DNA of 64,000 nt from an uncultured Lachnospiraceae bacterium (GTDB lineage: Bacteria; Bacillota; Clostridia; Oscillospirales; CAG-272): contig CAZVXL010000003.1 in assembly GCA_964631595.1 (NCBI GenBank), positions 9,341 through 73,340 of the forward strand, in the 5' to 3' direction. Below are positions 44,171 to 54,196 of this stretch, in pieces (within the stretch, counting starts at the first letter, position 1; the number at the start of each line of letters is the position of its first letter). The notes beneath the pieces were generated by a model that made no database searches, had not been told where the DNA came from, and saw only the letters and a list, made by a program, of their open reading frames with translations. A program made the translations under genes and the position numbers.

Positions 44171-45280
44171 TTGATAATCGCCATAGAAGAAGCAATGCAC
44201 AAGCTAAACGCTTTCCGAGACAACGTCACGGAGCTTGCAAGCGCACTGAGAATAGACGAGCTGAGAGCCAAAGCTGATGAGCTTGAGGCATCCACTCAGG
44301 CTCCCGAATTTTGGAACGATCAGCAGAGCTCCGGCAAGGTATTGCAGGAGATAAAGCGTCTGCGCTCGAAGATCGAAAATTACGAAAAGCTTTCGCAAAA
44401 GCTGGAGGACGCCATCACTCTCGCAGAGCTCGCTCTTGAGGAGAACGACGAGAGCATGACCGACGAGATCCTCTCCGAGGTCACTCAGATCGAAGCCGAG
44501 GAGGAGCGTCAGAGGATAGAGGTACTGCTCTCCGGCGAATACGACAAGAACAACGCCATCATCAGCTTCCACCCCGGTGCGGGCGGCACCGAGGCGCAGG
44601 ACTGGGCTCTCATGCTGTACCGTATGTACACGCGCTGGGGCGAAAAGCACGGCTACAACGTCAAGCTCATAGACTGGCTTGACGGAGAGGAGGCGGGCAT
44701 CAAGAGTGCCACCATCACGGTGGAGGGCACCAACGCCTACGGCTATCTTAAAAGTGAGAACGGCGTTCACAGGCTCGTCCGCGTATCGCCCTTCGACAGC
44801 TCGGGACGTCGCCACACCTCCTTCGCATCTGTTGAGGTAATGCCCGAATTCGACGACGACAACACGATAGAGCTCCGCGACGAGGATCTTGAGATCACCG
44901 CTCACCGCTCCAGCGGCGCGGGCGGACAGCACATCAACAAGACCGACTCCGCGATCCGTATAACTCACATTCCCACGGGAATAGTCGTGGGCTGTCAGAC
45001 AGAGCGAAGCCAGCTTCAAAACAAGGAAACTGCGCTGAAGATGCTCAAGTCGAAGCTCATGGAGATCAAGGAGCGCGAAAAGCTTGAGAAGATCGACGAC
45101 ATCAAGGGCATCAAGACCAACATTGAGTGGGGCGCACAGATACGTTCCTATGTATTCATGCCCTACACTCTCGCCAAGGATACCCGTACCTCATACGAAG
45201 ACGGTAACATCCAAGCCGTCATGGACGGTGAGATCGACGGCTTCATCAACGCATATTTGAAGATGAACGCCGGTAAATAA
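44171..45280 (+). CDS. prfB: peptide chain release factor 2 (single uninterrupted ORF)
   Basis: The motifs SPF (RVSPFDS), SGAGGQHINKTDSAIRITHIPTG (GGQ) and WGAQIRSYV are present. The start is a TTG at 44171 after a GGAGGA RBS. Confidence 0.95.
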   Translation: MIIAIEEAMHKLNAFRDNVTELASALRIDELRAKADELEASTQAPEFWNDQQSSGKVLQEIKRLRSKIENYEKLSQKLEDAITLAELALEENDESMTDEILSEVTQIEAEEERQRIEVLLSGEYDKNNAIISFHPGAGGTEAQDWALMLYRMYTRWGEKHGYNVKLIDWLDGEEAGIKSATITVEGTNAYGYLKSENGVHRLVRVSPFDSSGRRHTSFASVEVMPEFDDDNTIELRDEDLEITAHRSSGAGGQHINKTDSAIRITHIPTGIVVGCQTERSQLQNKETALKMLKSKLMEIKEREKLEKIDDIKGIKTNIEWGAQIRSYVFMPYTLAKDTRTSYEDGNIQAVMDGEIDGFINAYLKMNAGK

Positions 45281-45335
45281 GAAAATAAAAATAAAACGGG
45301 GGGATCTCAGTCGCAGGCTGTATCCCCTTCTGTTT

Positions 45336-46133
45336 GTGGAGAGCACTGTGAAAAAAGAAGCTTCCGGACAAGTGGATTCCCTCATTTTCGAGGGAATGAC
45401 CTCCCTGAGAGCCGTGCTACGCTCAAATTCAAGAGAAATAAAGCAAGTTCTGTTCGATCGGGAGAAAACTAAAAAGAAAGCAAGAGAGCTTGATTTTATA
45501 AAGCAAATGAGCCGAGAGAGAGGCTTTGAGTCGGTACTCTGTGATAGGGAGCTCATCGACTCCGTTGCCACGGGCACATCTCACGGAGGCGTTATCTTCG
45601 AATGTGGGGACAGAGAGCTTCCCGACATATCGCGCCTTCCCTCCGCTCCGCCGTCGGACGGTATCGACGGCTTTTACGTAATGCTCGACGGGATAGAGGA
45701 TCCGTACAACTTCGGTTATGCTCTCAGGAGCATTTACGCTGCCGGTGCGGCAGGTGCGGTGCTGTCCCCCCGCAACTGGATGAGCGCCGCGGGAGTCGTG
45801 TGCAGAGCCTCCGCCGGAGCCTCCGAGCTGCTTCCTATGTACGTAGCCGAGCCGGAGGAGGCGGCAAGCTTCCTCAAAAGCATCGGATACACGATCGTCT
45901 GCGCGGGAATTCGCGATTCCGTATCCGTGTACGACTGCCGACTCACCACGCCGCTGCTTCTCATCGTCGGCGGCGAAAAAAGAGGGATATCCTCGAGACT
46001 GCTCTCTCTTGCCGACTGCGTTGTGCGGCTCGATTACGGGCGCCGCTTCTCCGGCTCCCTGTCCACCGCCTCCGCCGCCTCGATACTTGCATACGAGGTC
46101 ATGCGGCAGTGCAAAGGACGTGACGCGCTTTAG
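45336..46133 (+). CDS. SpoU/TrmH-family RNA 2-prime-O-methyltransferase
   Basis: The sequences LDGIEDPYNFGYALRS, LLIVGGEKRGIS and the C-terminal SLSTASAASILAYE show the SPOUT knot motifs. Confidence 0.75.
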   Translation: MESTVKKEASGQVDSLIFEGMTSLRAVLRSNSREIKQVLFDREKTKKKARELDFIKQMSRERGFESVLCDRELIDSVATGTSHGGVIFECGDRELPDISRLPSAPPSDGIDGFYVMLDGIEDPYNFGYALRSIYAAGAAGAVLSPRNWMSAAGVVCRASAGASELLPMYVAEPEEAASFLKSIGYTIVCAGIRDSVSVYDCRLTTPLLLIVGGEKRGISSRLLSLADCVVRLDYGRRFSGSLSTASAASILAYEVMRQCKGRDAL

Positions 46134-46186
46134 AGCATACCGCGCTCCGCGACGTCTCAGACCCCACATAAACCTCGGAGGTTCAA

Positions 46187-46744
46187 ATGAGTTTTTTTGA
46201 AATACTTCTGCTTGCCGCAGGGCTTTCAATGGATGCCTTTGCCGTATCTGTCTGCAAGGGACTCTCCGTAAGTCGCGTGAGCTTCAAGCATATGCTCAAA
46301 TGCGGCATTTACTTCGGCTTCTTCCAAGCCATCATGCCGACTCTCGGCTTCTTCCTCGGAGAGAGCTTCGGAAAATACATAACCGCCGTCGATCACTGGG
46401 TGGTATTCGTCCTCCTGTGCATCATAGGCATCGGTATGATAAAGGAGTCCTTTGAGGAGGAGGAGCAATCGCCCGATTTCGGTATGCGCGCCATGTTTCT
46501 CCTTGCGCTTGCGACGAGCATTGACGCTCTCGCCGCGGGACTGACGCTCTCCTTTCTCTCCGTGCCGATCCTCAAGGCGGCACTGACGATAGGCATTGTC
46601 ACCTTCGCCTTTTCCGCCGTCGGAGTCAAGCTCGGAAATCTTTTCGGCTCAAGGTACAAGACGATCTCCGAGCGCATCGGCGGAGGAATACTGATCTTCA
46701 TGGGTCTGAAAATACTGCTTGAGCATCTCGGCTTTATCTCATAG
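46187..46744 (+). CDS. mntP: manganese efflux pump MntP
   Basis: The sequence LLAAGLSMDAFAVSV is repeated as ALATSIDALAAG. The protein has six TM segments. Confidence 0.85.
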   Translation: MSFFEILLLAAGLSMDAFAVSVCKGLSVSRVSFKHMLKCGIYFGFFQAIMPTLGFFLGESFGKYITAVDHWVVFVLLCIIGIGMIKESFEEEEQSPDFGMRAMFLLALATSIDALAAGLTLSFLSVPILKAALTIGIVTFAFSAVGVKLGNLFGSRYKTISERIGGGILIFMGLKILLEHLGFIS

Positions 46745-46822
46745 CAGTGCTTTCGCGCACGGGCAAGGCCCCGACGAGCCCGACACTTTTCGCGCCTTCT
46801 CGCAAAATTCACATTTAATACA

Positions 46823-49510
46823 TTGAATAATGACAGTTTTTGTGATATAATTTTGAATTACGCGGCGGGATGTCAGTTCTCGGCACCTTATCCGTCGCCA
46901 CACAAGACAGGCTTTATGCCGATTTTAACGAAAGGTTTTGAGTCGATGTCAACATTCAGAAAAAAAGCGCTGAAACTGCTTCGGCATTTGCGGTTCTTTT
47001 ATTTCCCGCTGATGCTGTGCTATCTTGAGCTCATTACACATACATTCGCATACAGATCCTTCAACAGGAACATATCGTGGGTGATATTCTTCTCCCTCGG
47101 TCTCGGTTGCCTGTTCTCGTTCTTTACGTCCGTCTTCTCGCGGAGGATAAATGCGATACTTACATATCTTTTCTCCTTCGCGGTCACGCTGGTCTTCTCG
47201 GTACAGCTTGTTTATTTCCAGATATTCAAGGGCTTTGCCCCCGTATCCGCCGTAAAGCTCGGCGGTCAAGCCGTGACGAACTTTACGGGGGGAATGTTTG
47301 AGGGAATACGCTCCGCCGCGTGGTGGCTCGTGCTTCTCTTTATTCCCTTTCTCCTGCTTGTTGTATTCGGTATCCTGCTCAGACCGAAATTCAACCGTCC
47401 CGCAAAGCTCAGGTGTCTGTATCCGCTGGTCGCCTCTGCGGCGATCCTCTGCGGCACCGTCGGCGTTATGGCTTACTTCTTCTCCGGAATCCCGTCAATA
47501 TACAGAACCTTTTCAAGCTCAAGCACCTCAACCGATACGAGCATCAAGTATTTCGGTCTCAACATGACTGTTATACAGGAGACAAAGGGACTTCTGTTCC
47601 CCGAAAAGAAGGTCATAGCTCCCGTTGCACTTTCCACCTCCGAGGTCTCCGAGGAAGCCCAAGTAGACAGCGCAGTTGATTTCAAAGCGCTCTACAACAA
47701 GGCGGGTGACAATGAAACTCTGAAGAATCTCACCGCACAGCTCTCCAATATGCCCACAACTCAAAAGCACGAGTACACCGGCATATGTGAGGGATACAAC
47801 CTCATCTCGATCTGTGCCGAGGCATTCTCCCCCGAATTTATAGATCCCAAGCTCACCCCCACGCTCTACAAGCTCTCGACAAACGGATTTGTTTTCGATA
47901 ACTTCTACGCCACCTTCCCAAACACCACAACAAACGGTGAATACGCCTTCTGCATGGGACTTTTCCCCGATCTCTCGCGTGAAAAGACCGACTCCAGCTT
48001 CGGCGTGTCGGCAACGAATTATCTCCCGTATTGCTACGGAAATCTTTTCAGCGGCATAGGTGCAAATGCCTACGCATATCACAACTACGTTGCCGAGTTC
48101 TATTACCGCAATTTTACTCACCCCAACATGGGATATGAGTTCACCGCCGCAAACAGCGGTCTTGACATTGATATTTCTTGGCCCTCCTCGGATTACGACA
48201 TGATGGTCGCCTCGGTCGATGACTACATCGACAGCGGTGAGCAGTTTGCCGCATACTACATGACCTTCAGTGCTCACTACCAGTACACGCTCGACAATGC
48301 GATGAGCGCCAAAAACTGGGATATGGTCAAGGATCTTCCCTACTCCGACGGCGTTAAGGCTTATATCGCCTGCAATTTGGAGCTTGAGCGTGCTCTCACA
48401 TATCTCATGGAGCGCCTCGAGGCGGCTGGCATCGCAGACAAAACGGTGATCACGCTGACCGCCGATCACTACCCCTACGGTCTTACCGACAAGGAGTATG
48501 CTGAGCTTTCCGGTCGCAAGATAGCAAACATCTTCGACAAGCAGAAGAACAGCTTCATTTGCTACGTTCCGAATCTCCACGAGCCGGTTCACGTGGACTC
48601 CTACTGCTCTACGGTCGATATCCTTCCGACCGTGCTCAATCTGTTCGGCTTCACCTATGATTCCCGACTCCTCGCAGGTCAGGATATCCTCGCGCCCGAT
48701 GCGGAGCACATCGCCATCATCGCAGACGGCAGCTACATTGCCGAAGGTGTGCGGTACAACTCCTCCATTATCAGATATCAGTTCGACGAAAATTACGATG
48801 TATCAAGGGAGCGTGCCGAGGAGCTTTATCTGCTCGCAGAGAAGAAGCTCGAAATGAGCACCGAGATACTCTACAACGATTACTATTCCTTTGTTTACGA
48901 TAAGAAATCCGACTCTGCCGCGATCGACAACCTGACCGAGCAGTACACCGACGTCGGTATCATGACGCAGTCAGCCGTCTACTATATGCTGAAATACGAT
49001 ATCATGAGCCCCCTCACGGAGAACTCCTTCGGCGTTTCGACAAAAGCGACCGTGATCGAGGTCATCGACGGCATCTACCGTGCCGCCGGCAGACCCGAGA
49101 TCATCGCCTCGTCCGTGGATATACCGTTCTCCTTCCCCGAGGAGTATACCGATGCGGTGGCATGGTGCCGCGCTGTCGGCATCCTCACCGACGATGATCT
49201 TTTCGGAAACGATCTCTCCCGCAAGGTACGGCTAAAGCAGCTTGCCCTGCTCACCTATCGCACCGCGGCGTATTACGGAATCGATACGTCCGTAGACGAG
49301 ACTGAGTTTGCGGAGCTTTCGCAGGAATTCCGGCACATCGACGAGAGATTGCTTCGCGCGCTGATGTTCTGCCGCGACAGCATGATCATGACGGGTGACG
49401 GAGACGAGGAATACGTATTCACCTCTGCCGATTCCACCAAGAATCGCAAATACGTCGCCAATACGCTCTACAGACTGTGCTCCTACTACATATTCAAGGA
49501 CAGACAGTAG
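46823..49510 (+). CDS. LTA-synthase/sulfatase-family (alkaline-phosphatase superfamily) membrane enzyme with extended C-terminus
   Basis: N-terminal TM helices are followed by a sulfatase-like core (ICAEAFSP...NTTTNGEYAF...LTADHYPYG). The C-terminal ~270 aa contain three SLH-like segments (tentative). The likely start is the ATG at 46946 (MSTFRKKAL). Confidence 0.7.
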   Translation: MNNDSFCDIILNYAAGCQFSAPYPSPHKTGFMPILTKGFESMSTFRKKALKLLRHLRFFYFPLMLCYLELITHTFAYRSFNRNISWVIFFSLGLGCLFSFFTSVFSRRINAILTYLFSFAVTLVFSVQLVYFQIFKGFAPVSAVKLGGQAVTNFTGGMFEGIRSAAWWLVLLFIPFLLLVVFGILLRPKFNRPAKLRCLYPLVASAAILCGTVGVMAYFFSGIPSIYRTFSSSSTSTDTSIKYFGLNMTVIQETKGLLFPEKKVIAPVALSTSEVSEEAQVDSAVDFKALYNKAGDNETLKNLTAQLSNMPTTQKHEYTGICEGYNLISICAEAFSPEFIDPKLTPTLYKLSTNGFVFDNFYATFPNTTTNGEYAFCMGLFPDLSREKTDSSFGVSATNYLPYCYGNLFSGIGANAYAYHNYVAEFYYRNFTHPNMGYEFTAANSGLDIDISWPSSDYDMMVASVDDYIDSGEQFAAYYMTFSAHYQYTLDNAMSAKNWDMVKDLPYSDGVKAYIACNLELERALTYLMERLEAAGIADKTVITLTADHYPYGLTDKEYAELSGRKIANIFDKQKNSFICYVPNLHEPVHVDSYCSTVDILPTVLNLFGFTYDSRLLAGQDILAPDAEHIAIIADGSYIAEGVRYNSSIIRYQFDENYDVSRERAEELYLLAEKKLEMSTEILYNDYYSFVYDKKSDSAAIDNLTEQYTDVGIMTQSAVYYMLKYDIMSPLTENSFGVSTKATVIEVIDGIYRAAGRPEIIASSVDIPFSFPEEYTDAVAWCRAVGILTDDDLFGNDLSRKVRLKQLALLTYRTAAYYGIDTSVDETEFAELSQEFRHIDERLLRALMFCRDSMIMTGDGDEEYVFTSADSTKNRKYVANTLYRLCSYYIFKDRQ

Positions 49511-49652
49511 TGCGACCGACACTTAACTTGACAGAAATTTCACCAAAGTCAAATATTTTTCCGATTTGGTATTGCTTTTTCGATACCTCTGTGATATAAT
49601 ATTTGCTGTATGATTTTTGTAAATTTTCAACTCATTTACGGAGGTAACTGAT

Positions 49653-49838
49653 ATGGCTAAATGTAGCATTTGCGGAAAAGGCGTAGTCTTCGGACAGAAC
49701 GTCTCTCACTCACACCGCAGAACCAACAGAGCTTGGAAGCCTAACATTAGAAAGGTTAAAGCTGTTGTAAACGGAACACATACCACTGTTCATGTTTGTT
49801 CCCGTTGCCTGCGCTCCGGCAAAATAGAGCGAGTATAA
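49653..49838 (+). CDS. rpmB: 50S ribosomal protein L28
   Basis: The sequence MAKCSICGKGVVFGQNVSHSHRRTNRAWKPNI is diagnostic. Confidence 0.9.
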   Translation: MAKCSICGKGVVFGQNVSHSHRRTNRAWKPNIRKVKAVVNGTHTTVHVCSRCLRSGKIERV

Positions 49839-49855
49839 GTTCACTTATCAGACTG

Positions 49856-49880
49856 AATGCTCCCTTTGGGAGCATTTTTC
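49856..49880 (+). terminator. rho-independent terminator after rpmB
   Basis: An atgctccc / gggagcat stem closes a ttt loop and is followed by TTTT. Confidence 0.75.
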
Positions 49881-49902
49881 TGTACTCGGAAAGGAGTTTA
49901 CC

Positions 49903-50727
49903 ATGCTTCACAAGATAATTCCTCTGAGAGAGGAAAACGGTGATGTCACGCTTGAGGTATTCTGCACTCGCATGGGCGATACCGATACACCCCCTCGTCC
50001 GGCATTTATCATATGCCCCGGCGGTGCTTACGAAATGTGCTGCTCGCGTGAGGGTGAGCCTATTGCGCTGAGCCTCATCTCGAAGGGCTTTCAGAGCTTT
50101 GTGCTCAATTACTCCGTCGGAGAGCACGCCGTATATCCCGCGCCTCTCGTCGATGTCTCCATGGCTGTCTGCCACGTTAAGGAAAATTCGCGGGAATACA
50201 ACGTAGATCCGGACAAGATATTCGTGCTCGGCTTCTCCGCAGGCGGTCATCTTGCCGCCGCATACGGCGTATTTTGGAATACCGATATGGCAAAATTCGA
50301 CGGAATGGAGAGCGGCGCCAACAAGCCCGCGGGCGCTGTTCCCTGCTATCCGGTCATCACTCCCGACGATAAGACCGGTCATTTCAAGAGCTATTCGAAC
50401 ATCTGCGGAGGAGACGACAAGGTTCCTCTGCTTGCCGCAGGATACGATCCCTCCCAAAACGTGTCCTCCGACACCGTTCCCATGTTTTTGTGGCACACCT
50501 TCAGTGACGGCTGTGTGCCCGTTGACAGCTCGCTGATAATGGCAAACGCTCTCAAATGTGCCGGTATCCCGTTTGAGCTCCACATCTATCCGAACGGTGG
50601 GCACGGTCTCTCTCTTGCGAATGCCGAGACCGCTTTCGGGAACGAGGGACTTATAAGCAGATCGGTCTCTCAGTGGCTCGGCTCCGTTGTTATCTGGGCA
50701 GAAGAACGCTGCAAGGAGCTCGGATAA
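49903..50727 (+). CDS. alpha/beta-hydrolase esterase
   Basis: The nucleophile elbow GFSAGGH, the upstream PGGAY and a C-terminal GGHG are present. Confidence 0.7.
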   Translation: MLHKIIPLREENGDVTLEVFCTRMGDTDTPPRPAFIICPGGAYEMCCSREGEPIALSLISKGFQSFVLNYSVGEHAVYPAPLVDVSMAVCHVKENSREYNVDPDKIFVLGFSAGGHLAAAYGVFWNTDMAKFDGMESGANKPAGAVPCYPVITPDDKTGHFKSYSNICGGDDKVPLLAAGYDPSQNVSSDTVPMFLWHTFSDGCVPVDSSLIMANALKCAGIPFELHIYPNGGHGLSLANAETAFGNEGLISRSVSQWLGSVVIWAEERCKELG

Positions 50728-50745
50728 GCCTCCGAAATAAGAATA

Positions 50746-50810
50746 AGCTATCCCCCGTTATCGTCCCGCCGCCGCAAGGCTTCGGACACCTCCGAGGGGA
50801 TAGCTTTTTT
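50746..50810 (+). terminator. stem-loop with T-tract after the esterase gene
   Basis: The stem agctatcccc (50746-50755) pairs with ggggatagct (50796-50805) and is followed by TTTTTTATT. The interior is large and can form a second hairpin. Confidence 0.55.
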
Positions 50811-50823
50811 ATTGACATAAAGC

Positions 50824-50853
50824 ACGGCGGCAAGGCATAAGCCTTGCCGCCGT
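50824..50853 (-). terminator. hairpin downstream of the fucosidase gene
   Basis: A 13-bp stem (acggcggcaaggc / gccttgccgccgt) closes a 4-nt loop. Only a weak U-tract (GCUUUAUG) follows on the minus strand. Confidence 0.5.
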
Positions 50854-50897
50854 ATTATACTTTGTCTGTGACGCGCTGTGCGCCTCTCAGAGCGATC

Positions 50898-52142
50898 TTA
50901 TTCGACCTCAGCCTCGGCTACGCGCACCACATAGTTTGCGCCGTACGGAAAGCCTGTGGCGAAGATCTCGGCACTGTCGCCCGTCTGCTTGAACTCAAGC
51001 GACTCGCCGTTATCTGTCCAGCGAACCGACTTCAGCTTTTTATCCACGCCCGTGAACTCTCTCCAGCCTATTCCGCTGCTCTCGACAGTTACGCTTGCAT
51101 CGCCCTGAATAGTCAGATCATGGATATAGAAGTAAAGCTTGCCGTCTGAAGCAAGAGCGAAATCCTTACTCTTACTCTTGCCGACCACGCCGGTCGGTCT
51201 GCCCGTGTGCATTGAGCTGTATCCGCACGTTCTTACCCACTCACCGAGTCCCTCAAGAAGCGCCTCCTGCATTTTCGGGATCTCACCGTGTCCGTCGGGG
51301 CCTATATTCAGCAGATAATTCGCGCCGACCTTTCTGCAAGCGCAGAGTATCTCTATAAGCTCCGCAAGCGACTTGTAATTCAGGTCTCTTGCGCCGAAGC
51401 CCCAGTGATCGTTCATCGTCTGGCACATCTCCGCCGCAAGGTATTTCGGTGCACCATCGCGGTCAAGCGGAGTCGGTCTTCCCTGCTCGAAGGTAACGCT
51501 GTCAAGCTCGATATGTCCGGCTGCTCCGCGCGCATCAAGTCCCGTATTATTTACAATGATGGCGTCGGGCTGGTATTTTCTTATCGTGGCGTAGAGGGCA
51601 TCCTCCTCCCAATCGGCTCCCTTATTGCTCCAGAAGCCGTCAAACCAAAGTCCGCCGATCTTTCCGTAATTCTTGCAAAGCACCTCCACGGAGTCACGGA
51701 AGAACTGAAGATATCCCTTGAAATCCTCTTTAAACAGCTCATGATACCAGTCAAACGTGGTATGATAGAACAGCGGACGGATCCCCTCGGCATTACACGC
51801 CTCTACAAATTCCGCGATAAGATCTCGCTTCGCCGGACTGTGCGGTGCATCAAAATCGCTGAGTCCGCAGGTGTCGTAAAGCGAAAAGCCGTCGTGGTGT
51901 CGGGTAGTGAGGGTTATGTATTTCATTCCGGCGTTTTTAGCGGTGCGCGCTATCTTTCTCGCATCGAACTTATCCGCCGTAAAGGTATCGAACAGCTTTA
52001 CATACTCCTCCTTCTCCATATGTTCAAGATTCCATACCCACTCGCCGCGTCCGAGCTGTGAATACAGCCCCCAATGAATAAACATACCGAAACCGAAGTT
52101 CTCGAATTCGGCGACTCTGGGAAGAATTGCAGGAATAGCCAT
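50898..52142 (-). CDS. alpha-L-fucosidase (GH29)
   Basis: The sequence FGMFIHWGLYS...AGMKYITLTTRHHDGFSLYD...WFDG shows the typical GH29 N-terminal motifs. Confidence 0.85.
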   Translation of the reverse strand: MAIPAILPRVAEFENFGFGMFIHWGLYSQLGRGEWVWNLEHMEKEEYVKLFDTFTADKFDARKIARTAKNAGMKYITLTTRHHDGFSLYDTCGLSDFDAPHSPAKRDLIAEFVEACNAEGIRPLFYHTTFDWYHELFKEDFKGYLQFFRDSVEVLCKNYGKIGGLWFDGFWSNKGADWEEDALYATIRKYQPDAIIVNNTGLDARGAAGHIELDSVTFEQGRPTPLDRDGAPKYLAAEMCQTMNDHWGFGARDLNYKSLAELIEILCACRKVGANYLLNIGPDGHGEIPKMQEALLEGLGEWVRTCGYSSMHTGRPTGVVGKSKSKDFALASDGKLYFYIHDLTIQGDASVTVESSGIGWREFTGVDKKLKSVRWTDNGESLEFKQTGDSAEIFATGFPYGANYVVRVAEAEVE

Positions 52143-52285
52143 AATTTGCTCCTTAGTTATGATTTTTTACTTATATGTGCCGCCCACGCGCTCCGTTCGG
52201 TCGCATAAGCACGGCAGTCCGAGACTCCCGGCACACCGACCGCACATCTGTACGTCTCGGTATGCGCCGCGTCTCCGCTCGCACG

Positions 52286-53242
52286 TCACACCTGTATCTC
52301 GTCAAGCATGACCTCTCTGCCGCCCTCGTTTCTGCTTCGAAGTCCGGCGACAACCATCTTCATGAGCTCGACCGACTCCTCAAACGGGAACGGCTCCTCG
52401 CCCGTGCGAAACCAATGCACAAACAGATCAAGCTGCTTTTTGAATGCGTAATACGAATCCCCGCACTCAACGTATTTTGAGCCGGCGCTTCCGATAAGCA
52501 GCATTCCGGCGCCGGACATTCCGATGCCCTGCGCTATATTCACGTTACAGCCGGAGGCGTGCTTGATATGCACCACCGTCCGCTCATACGTACCGGTATT
52601 TCTCACCGACACGAAGCCCTTACCGAGGAGGGGATACATCGCCTCAAGAGCGTGTATTCCGTAGGTCTCGTATTTCTTCGCCATGGGTGAGCAAATATAC
52701 ATAAGCTCACCGAGCTCATAGTGATTCTTATAGTAGATCTCGAATTCCTTACAGTACCGCATCGACGACGAGGTAAGGAATTTTGCGCCGTTATTGTGCC
52801 AATCGACGAACGTCCTGAGATCCTCCTCGTTATTCACCAGCGGCTTGTCGATAAACATGGGGATACCCGCCTCGATAAAGGGACGGCATCTCTCCACGTG
52901 CTCATCGCCCACATCTGTGGCAACGATCACGGCATCGACCTTGCCTATCATCTCAAGCGGATCGTCAAGCACCTCGGGGATCCTTGATGCCCTTGCAATA
53001 TGCTCCGCATTCCTTCTGTCTCCCCAGCCTGTACAGCAAATGCAGGTGATCCTTGCTCCGGGGATACCGATGGTATGCTCCGGCTGCTTTGACAGATACA
53101 CGGGGATTACCGGAAAGGGGCACTCCTTCATGTACTCAGGATCAAAGCCGTTGAACATCGCGCTCCACGAATACGGGTGTCCGTTTCCCTCGGTCATACC
53201 GAGGATACCTATACGAAGTTCCTTATCTCCAAGTGGAAACAT
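52286..53242 (-). CDS. Gfo/Idh/MocA-family oxidoreductase-like protein
   Basis: An N-terminal Rossmann-like RIGILGMTEGNGHPYSW and the overall length and pattern support the call. The assignment is moderate. Confidence 0.55.
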   Translation of the reverse strand: MFPLGDKELRIGILGMTEGNGHPYSWSAMFNGFDPEYMKECPFPVIPVYLSKQPEHTIGIPGARITCICCTGWGDRRNAEHIARASRIPEVLDDPLEMIGKVDAVIVATDVGDEHVERCRPFIEAGIPMFIDKPLVNNEEDLRTFVDWHNNGAKFLTSSSMRYCKEFEIYYKNHYELGELMYICSPMAKKYETYGIHALEAMYPLLGKGFVSVRNTGTYERTVVHIKHASGCNVNIAQGIGMSGAGMLLIGSAGSKYVECGDSYYAFKKQLDLFVHWFRTGEEPFPFEESVELMKMVVAGLRSRNEGGREVMLDEIQV

Positions 53243-53253
53243 AATATTTCTCC

Positions 53254-54195
53254 TTACTGTTTTTTGGATCTTGACAGAACCTTCATTATTTCGGGAATAT
53301 CGACACGCTCAAATTCGGTGCGTATCCGTGAGAGCGTGGTCTCGGACAGGCTCGGCGCATCAAAATATGCGATATTGCACGCCACCTGCTCGGGAGTGTC
53401 CGCGCCGAGCACAAGGCTCGTTACACCGGCGGCATCGCGCATAAAAGCGATGGCAAGCTGTGCAACGCTCATTCCCTCGGAGGCGGCAAGAGAGCGCAGG
53501 AGACGTATTCCGGACGATGCGTGCTCGATAAGTATGGGGTCCTCCAGCTTATCGGGATCAAGGAAAAAGAGCCCCTGCAAAAACACGCTTCTCACAAACA
53601 CCGTGATCTCACGCTCACGGAGCTTTTCGACAGTGCCGGAATTTATGAGCCTTTGGTCAAATATGCTCATCGGGATCTGCGTCGAGGTATACTCGGGATA
53701 TTTAAGCATCTCCTCGACCTCAGCGGCGCCGTAAACAGATGCTCCGACCGAATCGGTATAGCCGCGGCGAACGAGTGAATACATTGCCTCGGCTCCCGCT
53801 CTGCCGTACGCGGCGATATCTCCCGCAACGTGGAGCATTACGTTATTTACTTTGTCCACTCCGAGCCTTTCAAGAGAGGTCTCCATTTCGGACACAACGA
53901 ATTTTTCGATCTCTCCGGCGCTGTCGCCCTCAAGCTTCCGTATTTTCGTTGTGATATAGGGGGTCTCCCCCTCCCACGTCCTCAGAAATCTTCCGATGAC
54001 CTCCTCGGAATCGCCGTAAACTCTTGCGGTATCAATGGAGGTAACTCCGTTCTCAAGAGCGGTGCGAAGCATGGAAAAGCTCTTTTCTTCATCGGGCTTT
54101 CCGCCCTCATTGGCAATTCCGTAATTCATGCCGAGCTGTACGGTGCCGACAGTCATACCGGACAGCTTTTTTCCTTTAATGTCGGTATACTTCAT
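53254..54195 (-). CDS. aldo/keto reductase
   Basis: The sequence LGMNYG...GVTSIDTARVYGDSEEVIG and the typical AKR layout are present. Confidence 0.8.
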   Translation of the reverse strand: MKYTDIKGKKLSGMTVGTVQLGMNYGIANEGGKPDEEKSFSMLRTALENGVTSIDTARVYGDSEEVIGRFLRTWEGETPYITTKIRKLEGDSAGEIEKFVVSEMETSLERLGVDKVNNVMLHVAGDIAAYGRAGAEAMYSLVRRGYTDSVGASVYGAAEVEEMLKYPEYTSTQIPMSIFDQRLINSGTVEKLREREITVFVRSVFLQGLFFLDPDKLEDPILIEHASSGIRLLRSLAASEGMSVAQLAIAFMRDAAGVTSLVLGADTPEQVACNIAYFDAPSLSETTLSRIRTEFERVDIPEIMKVLSRSKKQ

Positions 54196-54196
54196 A

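Noticed and set aside
49528-49600. Promoter for rpmB
   Set aside because: An extended -10 (TGATATAAT ending at 49600) is present, but there is no well-spaced -35. The TTGACA near 49528 is too far upstream. The site is left unreported as a feature.
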